From an uncultured Eubacterium sp. (GTDB taxonomy: Bacteria > Bacillota > Clostridia > Peptostreptococcales > Anaerovoracaceae), in NCBI GenBank assembly GCA_964491055.1, contig CAZBFD010000001.1, positions 1-35,505 of the forward strand: a stretch of 35,505 nucleotides of DNA, read 5' to 3'. Below are positions 1 through 8,095 of this stretch, piece by piece (the first letter of the stretch is position 1; the number at the start of each line of letters is the position of its first letter). The notes under the pieces were generated by a model. That model made no database searches. It was given only the letters and a program-made list of their open reading frames with translations, and was not told where the DNA came from. A program made the translations under genes and the position numbers.

Positions 1-204
1 GAAAGAACAGACGAGATCATCAAGAAGGCAGTAATGTGGGATGTAATGAGCGGAGTTGCGAGAAGAAGCTGGGCGCGTAACGAGCATGCTCTCTCAACAT
101 CAGCAGAATATAACAAGAAATATGCCGGAAAAGGCCACATCACGCTGCCGTTCATCGCAGATGACGATCTGATCGACGCGACAGTTGACAAGTTCATGGA
201 TTAA
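1..204 (+). CDS. hutU: Urocanate hydratase, C-terminal fragment (runs off the window start)
   Basis: Not in the ORF track. Frame 1 reads ERTDEIIKKAVMWDVMSGVARRSWARNEHA...HITLPFIADDDLIDATVDKFMD*. WDVxxGVARRSWARN is typical of the C-terminus of long-form urocanases, and it lies directly upstream of hutI. Confidence 0.88.
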   Translation, partial: ERTDEIIKKAVMWDVMSGVARRSWARNEHALSTSAEYNKKYAGKGHITLPFIADDDLIDATVDKFMD

Positions 205-222
205 TACATATATATACCGCAG

Positions 223-248
223 GCCCGTCCTGTTCAGGCAGAACGGGC
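223..248 (+). other. Intergenic stem-loop between hutU and hutI
   Basis: GCCCGTCCTG-ttcagg-CAGAACGGGC, one mismatch, no immediate U-tract; possible mRNA-stabilising or processing hairpin. Confidence 0.4.
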
Positions 249-272
249 TGATCATTTTAAAGGAGAACAGGA

Positions 273-1580
273 ATGTACAGACTCCTTATCAAGAATATCG
301 GCCTTCTGCAGACGCCGGAAGGTAGCTTCAGCCACAAGGGCGAGCAGCAGGGCCAGAACCTTAAGCTCAAGGATGCCGCGATCTATGCTGAGGACGGCAT
401 AATCAAGGAGATAACGTCAGACGGAAAGCTGCCGGAAGGAGCGGCGGAGACTATAAAAGGCGCCAAAGGTTTTGATAAGACTTGTAAAGTCATCGATGCG
501 GGCGGAAAGCTCGTGACGCCGGGGCTCGTCGACGGCCACACACACATGGTATTCGGCGGCTTCAGGCAGCATGAAGTACCGATGAAGCTGAAAGGCGCGA
601 CTTATCTTGACATACTCCGCGCGGGCGGCGGCATTCTGGATACAGTGAGCCACACAAGAAAAGCCGGCGAGGACGAGCTGTTCGAGAAGACGAAGAGCTT
701 CCTCCAGGAGATGAGTTCATACGGCGTCACGACCGTAGAAGCGAAGAGCGGCTACGGCCTCGATCCGGAGACGGAATACAAGATGCTGAGGGTCATCAAA
801 AGACTCGACGCAGAGTGTCCGCAGGACGTTGTCTCGACGTTCCTCGGCCCTCACGCGGTGCCGCCTGAATACAGGGAAGTGGGCCCGGGAGAGCTTGAGA
901 CCCCGGAGCAGCACCAGAGGGCGGCTGACGAGTACATGGAAGTCGTCATTAATGAGATGCTTCCATATGTAAAGGAACATGATCTTGCAGATTATGCAGA
1001 TGTCTTCACAGAAGACTCGGTATTCGACTATGAACAGAGCAGAAGATATCTTGAGCGTGCCAAAGAACTTGGCTTTGGACTTAAGGTCCACGCGGACGAG
1101 ATCGCTGTCATAGGCGGATCAAGGCTTGCGGGTGAACTCGGCGCGGCAAGTGCTGAACACCTTATCAGCATAGACCAGACAGGACTTGAGGCAATGGCAA
1201 AGGGCGGAGTTACCGCGATGTGCCTCCCTGCGACATCATTCTATCTCGGAGCGGACTTCGCGCCGGCGAGAAAGATGATAGAGATGGGCATACCTGTTGC
1301 ATGCGCGACAGATTTTAACCCGGGATCGAGCCCGACGCTTAATCTCCAGTTCGTGATGAACCTTGCGATACTCAAGTACAAGCTTCTTCCGGAGGAGATG
1401 CTCACAGCAGTTACTATCAACCCGGCCTGCGCTATAGGCATGGGCGACAAGGTCGGAACGCTCGAGCCCGGCAAGCAGGCGGACATCTGCATCTGGGACG
1501 CCCCGGATGTGGAGATGCTCTGCTACAGGTTCTGCAGTAATCTGGTCGAGACAGTAATAAAGAAAGGCCGCGTATTATAA
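273..1580 (+). CDS. hutI: Imidazolonepropionase
   Basis: Motifs TPGLVDGHTH, GGGILDTV, TTVEAKSGYGL, KVHADEI, SAEHL, ATDFNPGSSP; RBS AAAGGAG upstream. Confidence 0.96.
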   Translation: MYRLLIKNIGLLQTPEGSFSHKGEQQGQNLKLKDAAIYAEDGIIKEITSDGKLPEGAAETIKGAKGFDKTCKVIDAGGKLVTPGLVDGHTHMVFGGFRQHEVPMKLKGATYLDILRAGGGILDTVSHTRKAGEDELFEKTKSFLQEMSSYGVTTVEAKSGYGLDPETEYKMLRVIKRLDAECPQDVVSTFLGPHAVPPEYREVGPGELETPEQHQRAADEYMEVVINEMLPYVKEHDLADYADVFTEDSVFDYEQSRRYLERAKELGFGLKVHADEIAVIGGSRLAGELGAASAEHLISIDQTGLEAMAKGGVTAMCLPATSFYLGADFAPARKMIEMGIPVACATDFNPGSSPTLNLQFVMNLAILKYKLLPEEMLTAVTINPACAIGMGDKVGTLEPGKQADICIWDAPDVEMLCYRFCSNLVETVIKKGRVL

Positions 1581-2218
1581 TGGCAGAAAAGCTGATTGAC
1601 TTAAAAGTAAGAGATTACCTCGATGTTCTGAAATCTGACGCACCAGCGCCGGGCGGCGGCTCGGTGAGCGCTCTTGCGGGCGCGCAGGGAGCTGGACTTC
1701 TTCTCATGGTGTGCGACCTTACACTGGGCAAGGAGAAGTACAAGGACTTTGAGGCGGTCATAGAAGAAGCAAAACCTGATCTTGAAGAGGCAGAAAAGGC
1801 TTTGACAGAAGGGATAGACCGTGACACCGAGGCATTCAACCTCGTCATGGATGCACTTGCCATGCCGAAGAGCAATGACGAGGAAAAAGCCGCGAGAACA
1901 GACGCCATCCAGAAGGGAACGATCGCGTCGACAGAAGCGCCGCTTGAAAACATGGAGCATGCTCTTCGTGCTCTCGAGGCGGCGGAGAAGATCGCGGGCA
2001 AGTTCAACCCGAACTGCATGTCTGATTTCGGAGTCGGCGTGATGAACCTCAAGCTTTGTGTCCAGGGAGCTTTCATGAATGTGAAGATCAATCTCCCGGG
2101 GATCAAAGACGAGGGCCTTGCGGCAGAGCTCGCTAAGCGGGCGGACGAGGCTGCGCAGGACGGAACAGAGATCGCGGACGGACTTTACAGCTACGCGATG
2201 GACGCATTGAATAAATAA
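1580..2218 (+). CDS. Formiminotetrahydrofolate cyclodeaminase / cyclohydrolase family protein (FTCD_C)
   Basis: SDAPAPGGGSVSALAGA, DRDTEAF and NVKINLPGIKD motifs; start overlaps the hutI stop (TAATG). Confidence 0.92.
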   Translation: MAEKLIDLKVRDYLDVLKSDAPAPGGGSVSALAGAQGAGLLLMVCDLTLGKEKYKDFEAVIEEAKPDLEEAEKALTEGIDRDTEAFNLVMDALAMPKSNDEEKAARTDAIQKGTIASTEAPLENMEHALRALEAAEKIAGKFNPNCMSDFGVGVMNLKLCVQGAFMNVKINLPGIKDEGLAAELAKRADEAAQDGTEIADGLYSYAMDALNK

Positions 2219-2231
2219 AACACATTGAAAA

Positions 2232-2272
2232 GAAAAGTTGTCATTGGGGACGGTTCTTTTTGACAACTTTCC
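2232..2272. repeat. REP-like palindrome, family B (GGGACGGTTC core)
   Basis: GAAAAGTTGTCA-ttGGGGACGGTTCtttt-TGACAACTTTCC; the core recurs in reverse at about 27435-27446. Confidence 0.6.
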
Positions 2273-2289
2273 AGCAGCAGGAGGAATTT

Positions 2290-3198
2290 ATGGCACAGAT
2301 AATTGAAAGTATTCCAAACATCAGCGAGGGCAGAAACAAGGCAGTCATCGAGGCGTGTGTGGACCAGATAAGGACGACGCCGGGATGCACGCTGCTTGAT
2401 TATTCATCGGACGAGAGCCACAACCGGTCGGTGATCACGTATATCGGCAATGCGGAAGGCATCGAGGAAGCGAGTCTCAAGCTCGTTAAAAAGGCGGCAG
2501 AGCTGATCGATCTTAATAAACATGAAGGCGAGCATCCGAGGATGGGAGCGGTCGACGTCATGCCGTTCGTACCGGTGAAAGACTGCACAACAGATGATTG
2601 TGTAGAATTATCAAAGAAAATCGGAAAAAGGATCGCTGATGAGGCAGGCGTGCCGGTCTTCCTGTATGAATACTCGGCGACCAGGCCGGAGCGGAAGAAT
2701 CTTTCCACGATAAGACAGGGCCAGTTCGAAGGCATGGCGGAAAAAGTCCAGCAGCCTGACTGGGAGCCGGATTTCGGCGGAAGAAAGATCCACCCGACGG
2801 CAGGAGTCATGGCTGTCGGTGCGAGGCCGCCATTGATCGCGTATAATTTCGACTTAAGTACTGACGATGTACAGGTGGCGAAGAATATCGCGAAGATCAT
2901 CCGCGAGAAAGACGGCGGGCTCGATTCAGTGAAATCAATGGGGTTCGAGATCGAAGACGAGGAGACAGGAAAGAAATTCGCACAGGTCTCCTGCAATCTC
3001 ACGAATTTCGAGGTAGCGCCGATCTACAGGGTCTTTGAGATGGTGAAGGCAGAAGCAAGGCGCTACGGGGTCACCGTGACGAACACTGAGCTCATAGGAC
3101 TTTGTCCGATGAAGGCCCTCATCGACTCCGCGGAATATTACCTGCAGATACAAGATTTTGATTTCAATAAACAGGTTCTGGAGAACCACATACTTTAA
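2290..3198 (+). CDS. ftcd: Glutamate formimidoyltransferase
   Basis: ESIPNISEGR, DESHNRSV, HEGEHPRMGAVDVMPFVP, HPTAG..AVGARPPLIAYN. Start moved from TTG 2260 to ATG 2290, which follows GGAGG. Confidence 0.95.
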   Translation: MAQIIESIPNISEGRNKAVIEACVDQIRTTPGCTLLDYSSDESHNRSVITYIGNAEGIEEASLKLVKKAAELIDLNKHEGEHPRMGAVDVMPFVPVKDCTTDDCVELSKKIGKRIADEAGVPVFLYEYSATRPERKNLSTIRQGQFEGMAEKVQQPDWEPDFGGRKIHPTAGVMAVGARPPLIAYNFDLSTDDVQVAKNIAKIIREKDGGLDSVKSMGFEIEDEETGKKFAQVSCNLTNFEVAPIYRVFEMVKAEARRYGVTVTNTELIGLCPMKALIDSAEYYLQIQDFDFNKQVLENHIL

Positions 3199-3213
3199 CA
3201 CCTCCAGGAGCAC

Positions 3214-3242
3214 CTCCGAAAGGGGACAGTCCCTTTTCGGAG
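3214..3242. repeat. REP-like palindrome, family A copy 1
   Basis: CTCCGAAAGGGG-ACAGT-CCCTTTTCGGAG, 29 nt. Confidence 0.85.
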
Positions 3243-3266
3243 TATGACCGGAGCAGGAGAAGAAAG

Positions 3267-3926
3267 ATGTCTGAGAGAAGATTGACGCAGTTTGAATCGC
3301 TGACAGACAGCATCGCGGGTGTGATCCGCGGGCGTATACTGAAGGGCGAGTACAAAATCGGCGAGAAGATCAAGGAGACGCATGTCGCGGAGGAGCTCAG
3401 GGTGAGCAGGACCCCGATCCGGAAGGCTTTCAAGGAGCTGGAGGAAGAGGGCCTGATCGAGTACGTCCCGAACAAAGGCTGTTTCGCCAAGGGCTTCACG
3501 AAGCGCGATATTGAAGATGTGTACGCGGTCCGGAAAGTGCTGGAAGAGCTCACGGTCGAGTGGGCGGTAAAGCGCATAACGGATGAGGAAGTCGCGAAGA
3601 TGGCCGAGAAATGCGAAGAGATGCAGGGCTATGTCGACCAGGCGGACAGCGCGCGTGTGCTCGCGTCCAACAAAGAATTCCACGAGATAATCTACCATGC
3701 GACCGGGAGCCGGTTCATGTCGCAGGTGCTGAGGTCATACAAGGAATACATCGAGCAGACGACGCGGCCGATCTTCTACGAGCCGAAGTTCCTGCAGCAG
3801 ATCGTTGACGAGCACCGTGCGATCGTAGATGCGTTCGAGAAGAGAGACACAGAAGAAGCAGTCGCGGCGATGTCGCAGCATATGACGAATTCGATGGGCC
3901 GCGCCGAGTACGTATATAAAGTGTAG
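3267..3926 (+). CDS. GntR-family transcriptional regulator (FadR/FCD type)
   Basis: wHTH ETHVAEELRVSRTPIRKAFKELEEEGLI; FCD-type C-terminus (NKEFHEII, EHRAIVDAF, MSQH). Confidence 0.93.
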   Translation: MSERRLTQFESLTDSIAGVIRGRILKGEYKIGEKIKETHVAEELRVSRTPIRKAFKELEEEGLIEYVPNKGCFAKGFTKRDIEDVYAVRKVLEELTVEWAVKRITDEEVAKMAEKCEEMQGYVDQADSARVLASNKEFHEIIYHATGSRFMSQVLRSYKEYIEQTTRPIFYEPKFLQQIVDEHRAIVDAFEKRDTEEAVAAMSQHMTNSMGRAEYVYKV

Positions 3927-3932
3927 TTTAGA

Positions 3933-3961
3933 TTGCTCTCGGTTGACAGTAGTTGTAAAAT
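3933..3961 (+). promoter_or_regulatory. Putative sigma-A promoter for the DUF2284-like gene
   Basis: TTGCTC-17 nt-TAAAAT. Confidence 0.5.
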
Positions 3962-4009
3962 TAAAGTAACAGAGATGGCAGAAGAGCTTTGCTGCGGGAG
4001 GGAATAGAA

Positions 4010-4543
4010 ATGCGTGTAGAGAATTTTGAGGCGCGTCTTGGAATGGACGAATACATCGAGAAGTATGTGGACGTGCCGAAGTTCATGGCTGCGTGTCAGG
4101 CGTGCCCGTATTACGGGGTGACGTGGGCATGCCCGCCGTTCGATTTTGATGCGATCGAGTTCCTCAGGCAGTATAAGACGCTGATGGTCTATTGCCGTAA
4201 ATACATATTTGAGGAAGAAGAGGGCGACTATGAAGACCTCGACTTCCAGGTGTTCTTCTATAAATGCCGTGCGGAGCTCGCACAGGAGCTCTATGTGAAA
4301 GAAAAGGAGCAGCCGGGAAGTGTCGGGCTGCTCGGCGGAGCGTGCGATATCTGCGGGCTCGGAAACTGTGCGCGCCAGCAGGGCAAGCCGTGCCGCTTCC
4401 CACAGTACATGCGCCACAATCTGGAGTCCCTCGGCGGCGACGTGATGAAGCTGTCCAAGGATCTCTTCGACATCGAGCCGGTATGGCCTGAAGACGGGAA
4501 GATGCCGTTCATGGTGTTCGTGACAGGGCTGCTGAGGCCGTAA
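4010..4543 (+). CDS. Cys-rich putative metal-binding protein (DUF2284-like)
   Basis: CQACPYYGVTWACPP, GACDIC..CA...GKPCRFP..MRHNLESLGGDV. ATG 4010 follows GGGAGGG. Confidence 0.82.
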   Translation: MRVENFEARLGMDEYIEKYVDVPKFMAACQACPYYGVTWACPPFDFDAIEFLRQYKTLMVYCRKYIFEEEEGDYEDLDFQVFFYKCRAELAQELYVKEKEQPGSVGLLGGACDICGLGNCARQQGKPCRFPQYMRHNLESLGGDVMKLSKDLFDIEPVWPEDGKMPFMVFVTGLLRP

Positions 4544-4598
4544 CATCACACCGCGGCGCTGTTTTGGCAGCACGATCAAAATCTATATGGAATACAAA

Positions 4599-4636
4599 GG
4601 AGCATACCCGGCAAAACCGAGCATGCTCCTGTTTTA
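4599..4636. terminator. Probable bidirectional intrinsic terminator between convergent genes
   Basis: GGAGCATACCCGG-caaaa-CCGAGCATGCTCC with an A-run on the left and GTTTT on the right. Confidence 0.6.
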
Positions 4637-4664
4637 TACTCTGAAAATGAGACTTTGATCCTGA

Positions 4665-5117
4665 CTACAGCTCAAGCTCATGGATCAGCGAGTGCGGCGC
4701 CAGGACTTTGATGGGACATTTATTGAAGCCTTCGGTATCTCTCGTCAGAACATAGTCTGCCTTGCAGTCGATCGCGCACTGTATCTGGAGCGCGTCCTCA
4801 AGATCATCAGAATAAGCGCCGGCAATTGCGCGCTCGATAGTATTTGATGAGATTTCCTGTACGTAACACATTGCAGCAAAGTTCAGTACGATTTGTCGCC
4901 GCTCCGCGGCAGAGAAATCCGTCCTGATTATGTAGAACAGATTTGTCAGAGAATGCGCAGCAATATAACAGGAAATCGTATCCTGCCTGCAGACATTAAG
5001 AAGATATTCGACGGCCAGGACTTCATCGCTCCTGAAAAGCAAATAATCAAGCAGAATATTTGTATCAAGAAAAACCCGCGGCAACCTTGTTTTCGCGCCG
5101 GTTGCTGCATTATTCAT
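4665..5117 (-). CDS. PIN-domain (VapC-like) toxin
   Basis: VFLDTNILLDYL, DDLEDALQIQCA and VLTRD acidic PIN motifs; overlaps the antitoxin 3' end. ATG 5117 follows AAGGTG. Confidence 0.9.
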   Translation of the reverse strand: MNNAATGAKTRLPRVFLDTNILLDYLLFRSDEVLAVEYLLNVCRQDTISCYIAAHSLTNLFYIIRTDFSAAERRQIVLNFAAMCYVQEISSNTIERAIAGAYSDDLEDALQIQCAIDCKADYVLTRDTEGFNKCPIKVLAPHSLIHELEL

Positions 5118-5430
5118 ATATATCACCTTCTGGAGTTTTTATTTTGCCATATCTTTCGTCAAGATATTCCAGATATTTCTTTCTATAGTCAGAATTTTCC
5201 GATGAACCGTTGTTTTCCCGTCTGGCCAGAGCCTCACGCCTTATTTTCTGTAGAGAATCAAAAGCTGCTGCTTTTCTGGATTTTGGGTCATTTCTTCTTA
5301 TCACTATGGCATCGTTTTCCAGAGCGAGTGTCACAGAGCTGTTAACTGCGATCCCAAGCTTCCTCAACATATCAATGGGAATATACAACCCCTGACTATT
5401 CCCCCATTTTCTGATATTTGTAGTAGTCAT
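5110..5430 (-). CDS. AbrB/MazE/SpoVT-family antitoxin
   Basis: IRKWGNSQGLYIP swapped-hairpin motif; ATG 5430 follows GGAG; lies upstream of the PIN gene. Confidence 0.9.
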   Translation of the reverse strand: MTTTNIRKWGNSQGLYIPIDMLRKLGIAVNSSVTLALENDAIVIRRNDPKSRKAAAFDSLQKIRREALARRENNGSSENSDYRKKYLEYLDERYGKIKTPEGDIYE

Positions 5431-5446
5431 CAAAATCTCCTTTTTT

Positions 5447-5477
5447 TGTATATACATAACGTATATACATTATAACA
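5447..5477 (-). promoter_or_regulatory. TA promoter (extended -10) with two palindromic operators
   Basis: Minus-strand TGTTATAAT at 5477-5469, followed by GTATATAC palindromes at 5461-5468 and 5448-5455. Confidence 0.65.
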
Positions 5478-5505
5478 CGGTCTATAATCAAAAAAAAGAA
5501 ATATA

Positions 5506-5545
5506 AAAAAACTGATTCAGAATTTATACTGAGTCAGTCTTTTTT
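5506..5545 (-). terminator. Intrinsic terminator after alr (bidirectional form)
   Basis: AAAAA-ACTGATTCAG-aatttata-CTGAGTCAGT-cTTTTTT. Confidence 0.7.
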
Positions 5546-5571
5546 GATAATAAACTAAATCGTTCAGAAAC

Positions 5572-6711
5572 TTATCTCACATATACTTTCGGCAGTCTCT
5601 GGCCGAAGGCGCAGAGGATCTCATAATTGATGGTGCCTGTGCACTTTGCAATATACTCCGGGGAGATCGTGTTCTTGCCGTCGGAGCCCATTATGATGAC
5701 TTCGTCGCCGTATTTTACGTCAGGGACATCTGTCACGTCGATCATGCACTGGTCCATGCAGATGTTTCCTGCGATAGGGCAGACGACGCCGTTTACGATG
5801 ACTTTGCCTTTTTTGGAATATGCGCGAGGGAAGCCGTCGGCGTAGCCTAAGTTTATCGTAGCAATCTTTGAGTCACGCTTACATATGAAAGAGCGGCCAT
5901 AGCTAACAGCGCAGCCCTTCTTCAGGGTCTTCAGGTGGATGATGTTGGCTTTGACCGACATGCATGGCTTAAGGTCGAGCTGCGACTTGTCTACATCGTC
6001 CGACGGATAGACACCGTAGAGGATGATGCCCGGCCTGACCGCGTCGTAGTGTGTCGACGGAAGATCCATGATCGCCGCGCTGTTCGCCATGGTGACGAAC
6101 GGGATGTCGATCCCGGCCGCCTTGACTTTGTCACGGAAATAGATCATGCGCTCCTCCTGGAGCTCGGAGTATGACTTGTCCTTTTCGTCAGCTGTCGACA
6201 GGTGTGAGAACAAAGCCTTTGCCTTGAAGTTGGAGAGTGTCTCCATCTTTTTTATTTCCTCGATCGCAAAGTCTGTGTCGTCCCACTGGTAGCCGATACG
6301 GCCCATGCCGGTGTCGACCGCGACCATGCCGCAGATCATCCGGTTCTGAATGGCCGCGACATCGCTTATCGCCTTGGCGTTATCAAAGCTGCAGACCGCA
6401 GGCGTCACGTTATATCGTACCAGCATGTCCGTGTACATGTTAGGCGTTATCCCGAGGATTATTATCTCCTCCTGCGCGCCCGCCTCACGGAGCGTCACTA
6501 CCTCGCTCATCGTCGAGACGGCAAAAGTCTTGACGCCGTTCTCGCGGAGCACTTCTGCGACCCTGCGGACGCCGTGCCCATATGCGTCCGCCTTTATTAC
6601 AGCGAGCATCTCCGGGTCCGGCCCGATCTTCTTATATATCTGTTTGACGTTATAGTCCAGGTTGCTGAGGTTGACTTCCACCCAGACAGATCTCAAAGCG
6701 TCAGTGAACAT
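5572..6711 (-). CDS. alr: Alanine racemase
   Basis: AVIKADAYGHG (PLP lysine), DTGMGRIG, VRPGIILYG, GYADG, ICMDQ, GTINYEILC. Confidence 0.96.
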   Translation of the reverse strand: MFTDALRSVWVEVNLSNLDYNVKQIYKKIGPDPEMLAVIKADAYGHGVRRVAEVLRENGVKTFAVSTMSEVVTLREAGAQEEIIILGITPNMYTDMLVRYNVTPAVCSFDNAKAISDVAAIQNRMICGMVAVDTGMGRIGYQWDDTDFAIEEIKKMETLSNFKAKALFSHLSTADEKDKSYSELQEERMIYFRDKVKAAGIDIPFVTMANSAAIMDLPSTHYDAVRPGIILYGVYPSDDVDKSQLDLKPCMSVKANIIHLKTLKKGCAVSYGRSFICKRDSKIATINLGYADGFPRAYSKKGKVIVNGVVCPIAGNICMDQCMIDVTDVPDVKYGDEVIIMGSDGKNTISPEYIAKCTGTINYEILCAFGQRLPKVYVR

Positions 6712-6723
6712 TATTATCCTCCA

Positions 6724-8013
6724 TTACAGTTTTGGCTCGCGCTTTATGATGTCTTCACGTGACGGGCCGTTGGATACGTAGGTGATAGGAACGCCGATCC
6801 TGCGCTCGATCTCGTCTACGTAGTTCCTGCAGTTCTCCGGAAGCTCGTCCCATGTGCGGATGCCTGTGATGTCGCATTTCCAGCCCGGGAGCTTCTCGAG
6901 GACCGGCTTTGCCTGGTACAGGTAAGTCGTGTTCGGGAAGTCTTCGGTTATCTTGCCGTTGATGTCGTAGGCCGTGCAGATAGGGATCTCGTCAAGATAT
7001 CCGAGCGGGTCGAGCACTGTCAAAACCACTTCGGTCGCTCCCTGTATCCTGCATCCGTAGCGTGAAGCCACGCAGTCGTACCAGCCCACGCGGCGCGGGC
7101 GCCCGGTGGTGGCGCCGTATTCGCCGCCATCGCCACCGCGCGCCCGAAGTTCCTCGGCTTCGTCCCCGAAGATCTCGGAGACGAAGGCGCCCGCGCCGAC
7201 AGCAGACGAATATGCTTTAGTAACTGCGATTATGTCTTTTATTTCATACGGCGGTATGCCGGCGCCGCAGGCGCCGTTCCCCGCGATAGTGTTTGAGCTC
7301 GTTACCATCGGGTAGATCCCGTGGTCAAGATCCTTCATCGAGCCAAGCTGGCCCTCGAGAAGGATCGTCTTTCCCTCAGCAAGAGCTGAAGACAGGAAAG
7401 CCTCTGTATTCGCAACATAAGGCTTTACCATTTCCTTATATGCCATCATGGTATCGTACAGCTCGTCCGGGTCAAGCTCAGGCTTGTTGTACAGATACTT
7501 GATCAGCGTGTTTTTGATCGTGCACACATTCTCGATGCGCTCGCGAAGCTCCGGCTCCGGCATGAAAAGCTCGTTCACCTGAAATCCGATCTTCGCCGCC
7601 TTGTCGGAGTAGCACGGCGCTATGCCAGACTTCGTAGACCCGAACGATCTGCCGGCGAGCCTCTCCTCTTCGTACCCGTCGAGGAGCACGTGATACGGCA
7701 TCACGACCTGCGCGCGGTCAGAGATGAGCAGCTTCGGAGCAGGAACACCCTGCGACGTGAGCCCTTCGATCTCGCCCATGAGCTTCGGGATGTTCAGCGC
7801 GACCCCGTTTCCGAGCACGCACGTTACATTGTCATAGAAAACACCCGACGGGAGCATGTGCAGCGAGAATTTGCCATACTTGTTCTTGATCGTATGCCCC
7901 GCGTTGCTTCCGCCCTGGAACCGGACGACCACGTCCGCCTGACTTGCGAGCATATCCGTGATCTTGCCCTTGCCTTCGTCGCCCCAGTTTACGCCAACTA
8001 TCGCCTTAACCAT
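6724..8013 (-). CDS. purA: Adenylosuccinate synthetase
   Basis: NWGDEGKGK, QGGSNAGHT, EYGATTGRPRRVGWYD. Confidence 0.97.
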   Translation of the reverse strand: MVKAIVGVNWGDEGKGKITDMLASQADVVVRFQGGSNAGHTIKNKYGKFSLHMLPSGVFYDNVTCVLGNGVALNIPKLMGEIEGLTSQGVPAPKLLISDRAQVVMPYHVLLDGYEEERLAGRSFGSTKSGIAPCYSDKAAKIGFQVNELFMPEPELRERIENVCTIKNTLIKYLYNKPELDPDELYDTMMAYKEMVKPYVANTEAFLSSALAEGKTILLEGQLGSMKDLDHGIYPMVTSSNTIAGNGACGAGIPPYEIKDIIAVTKAYSSAVGAGAFVSEIFGDEAEELRARGGDGGEYGATTGRPRRVGWYDCVASRYGCRIQGATEVVLTVLDPLGYLDEIPICTAYDINGKITEDFPNTTYLYQAKPVLEKLPGWKCDITGIRTWDELPENCRNYVDEIERRIGVPITYVSNGPSREDIIKREPKL

Positions 8014-8095
8014 TCTTTTCCCTCTTTTCGTTATTCATCATCAAACACTGTTTGTGCTTTATACAATTATCTGAAAATCACAAGCATTATTCGGC

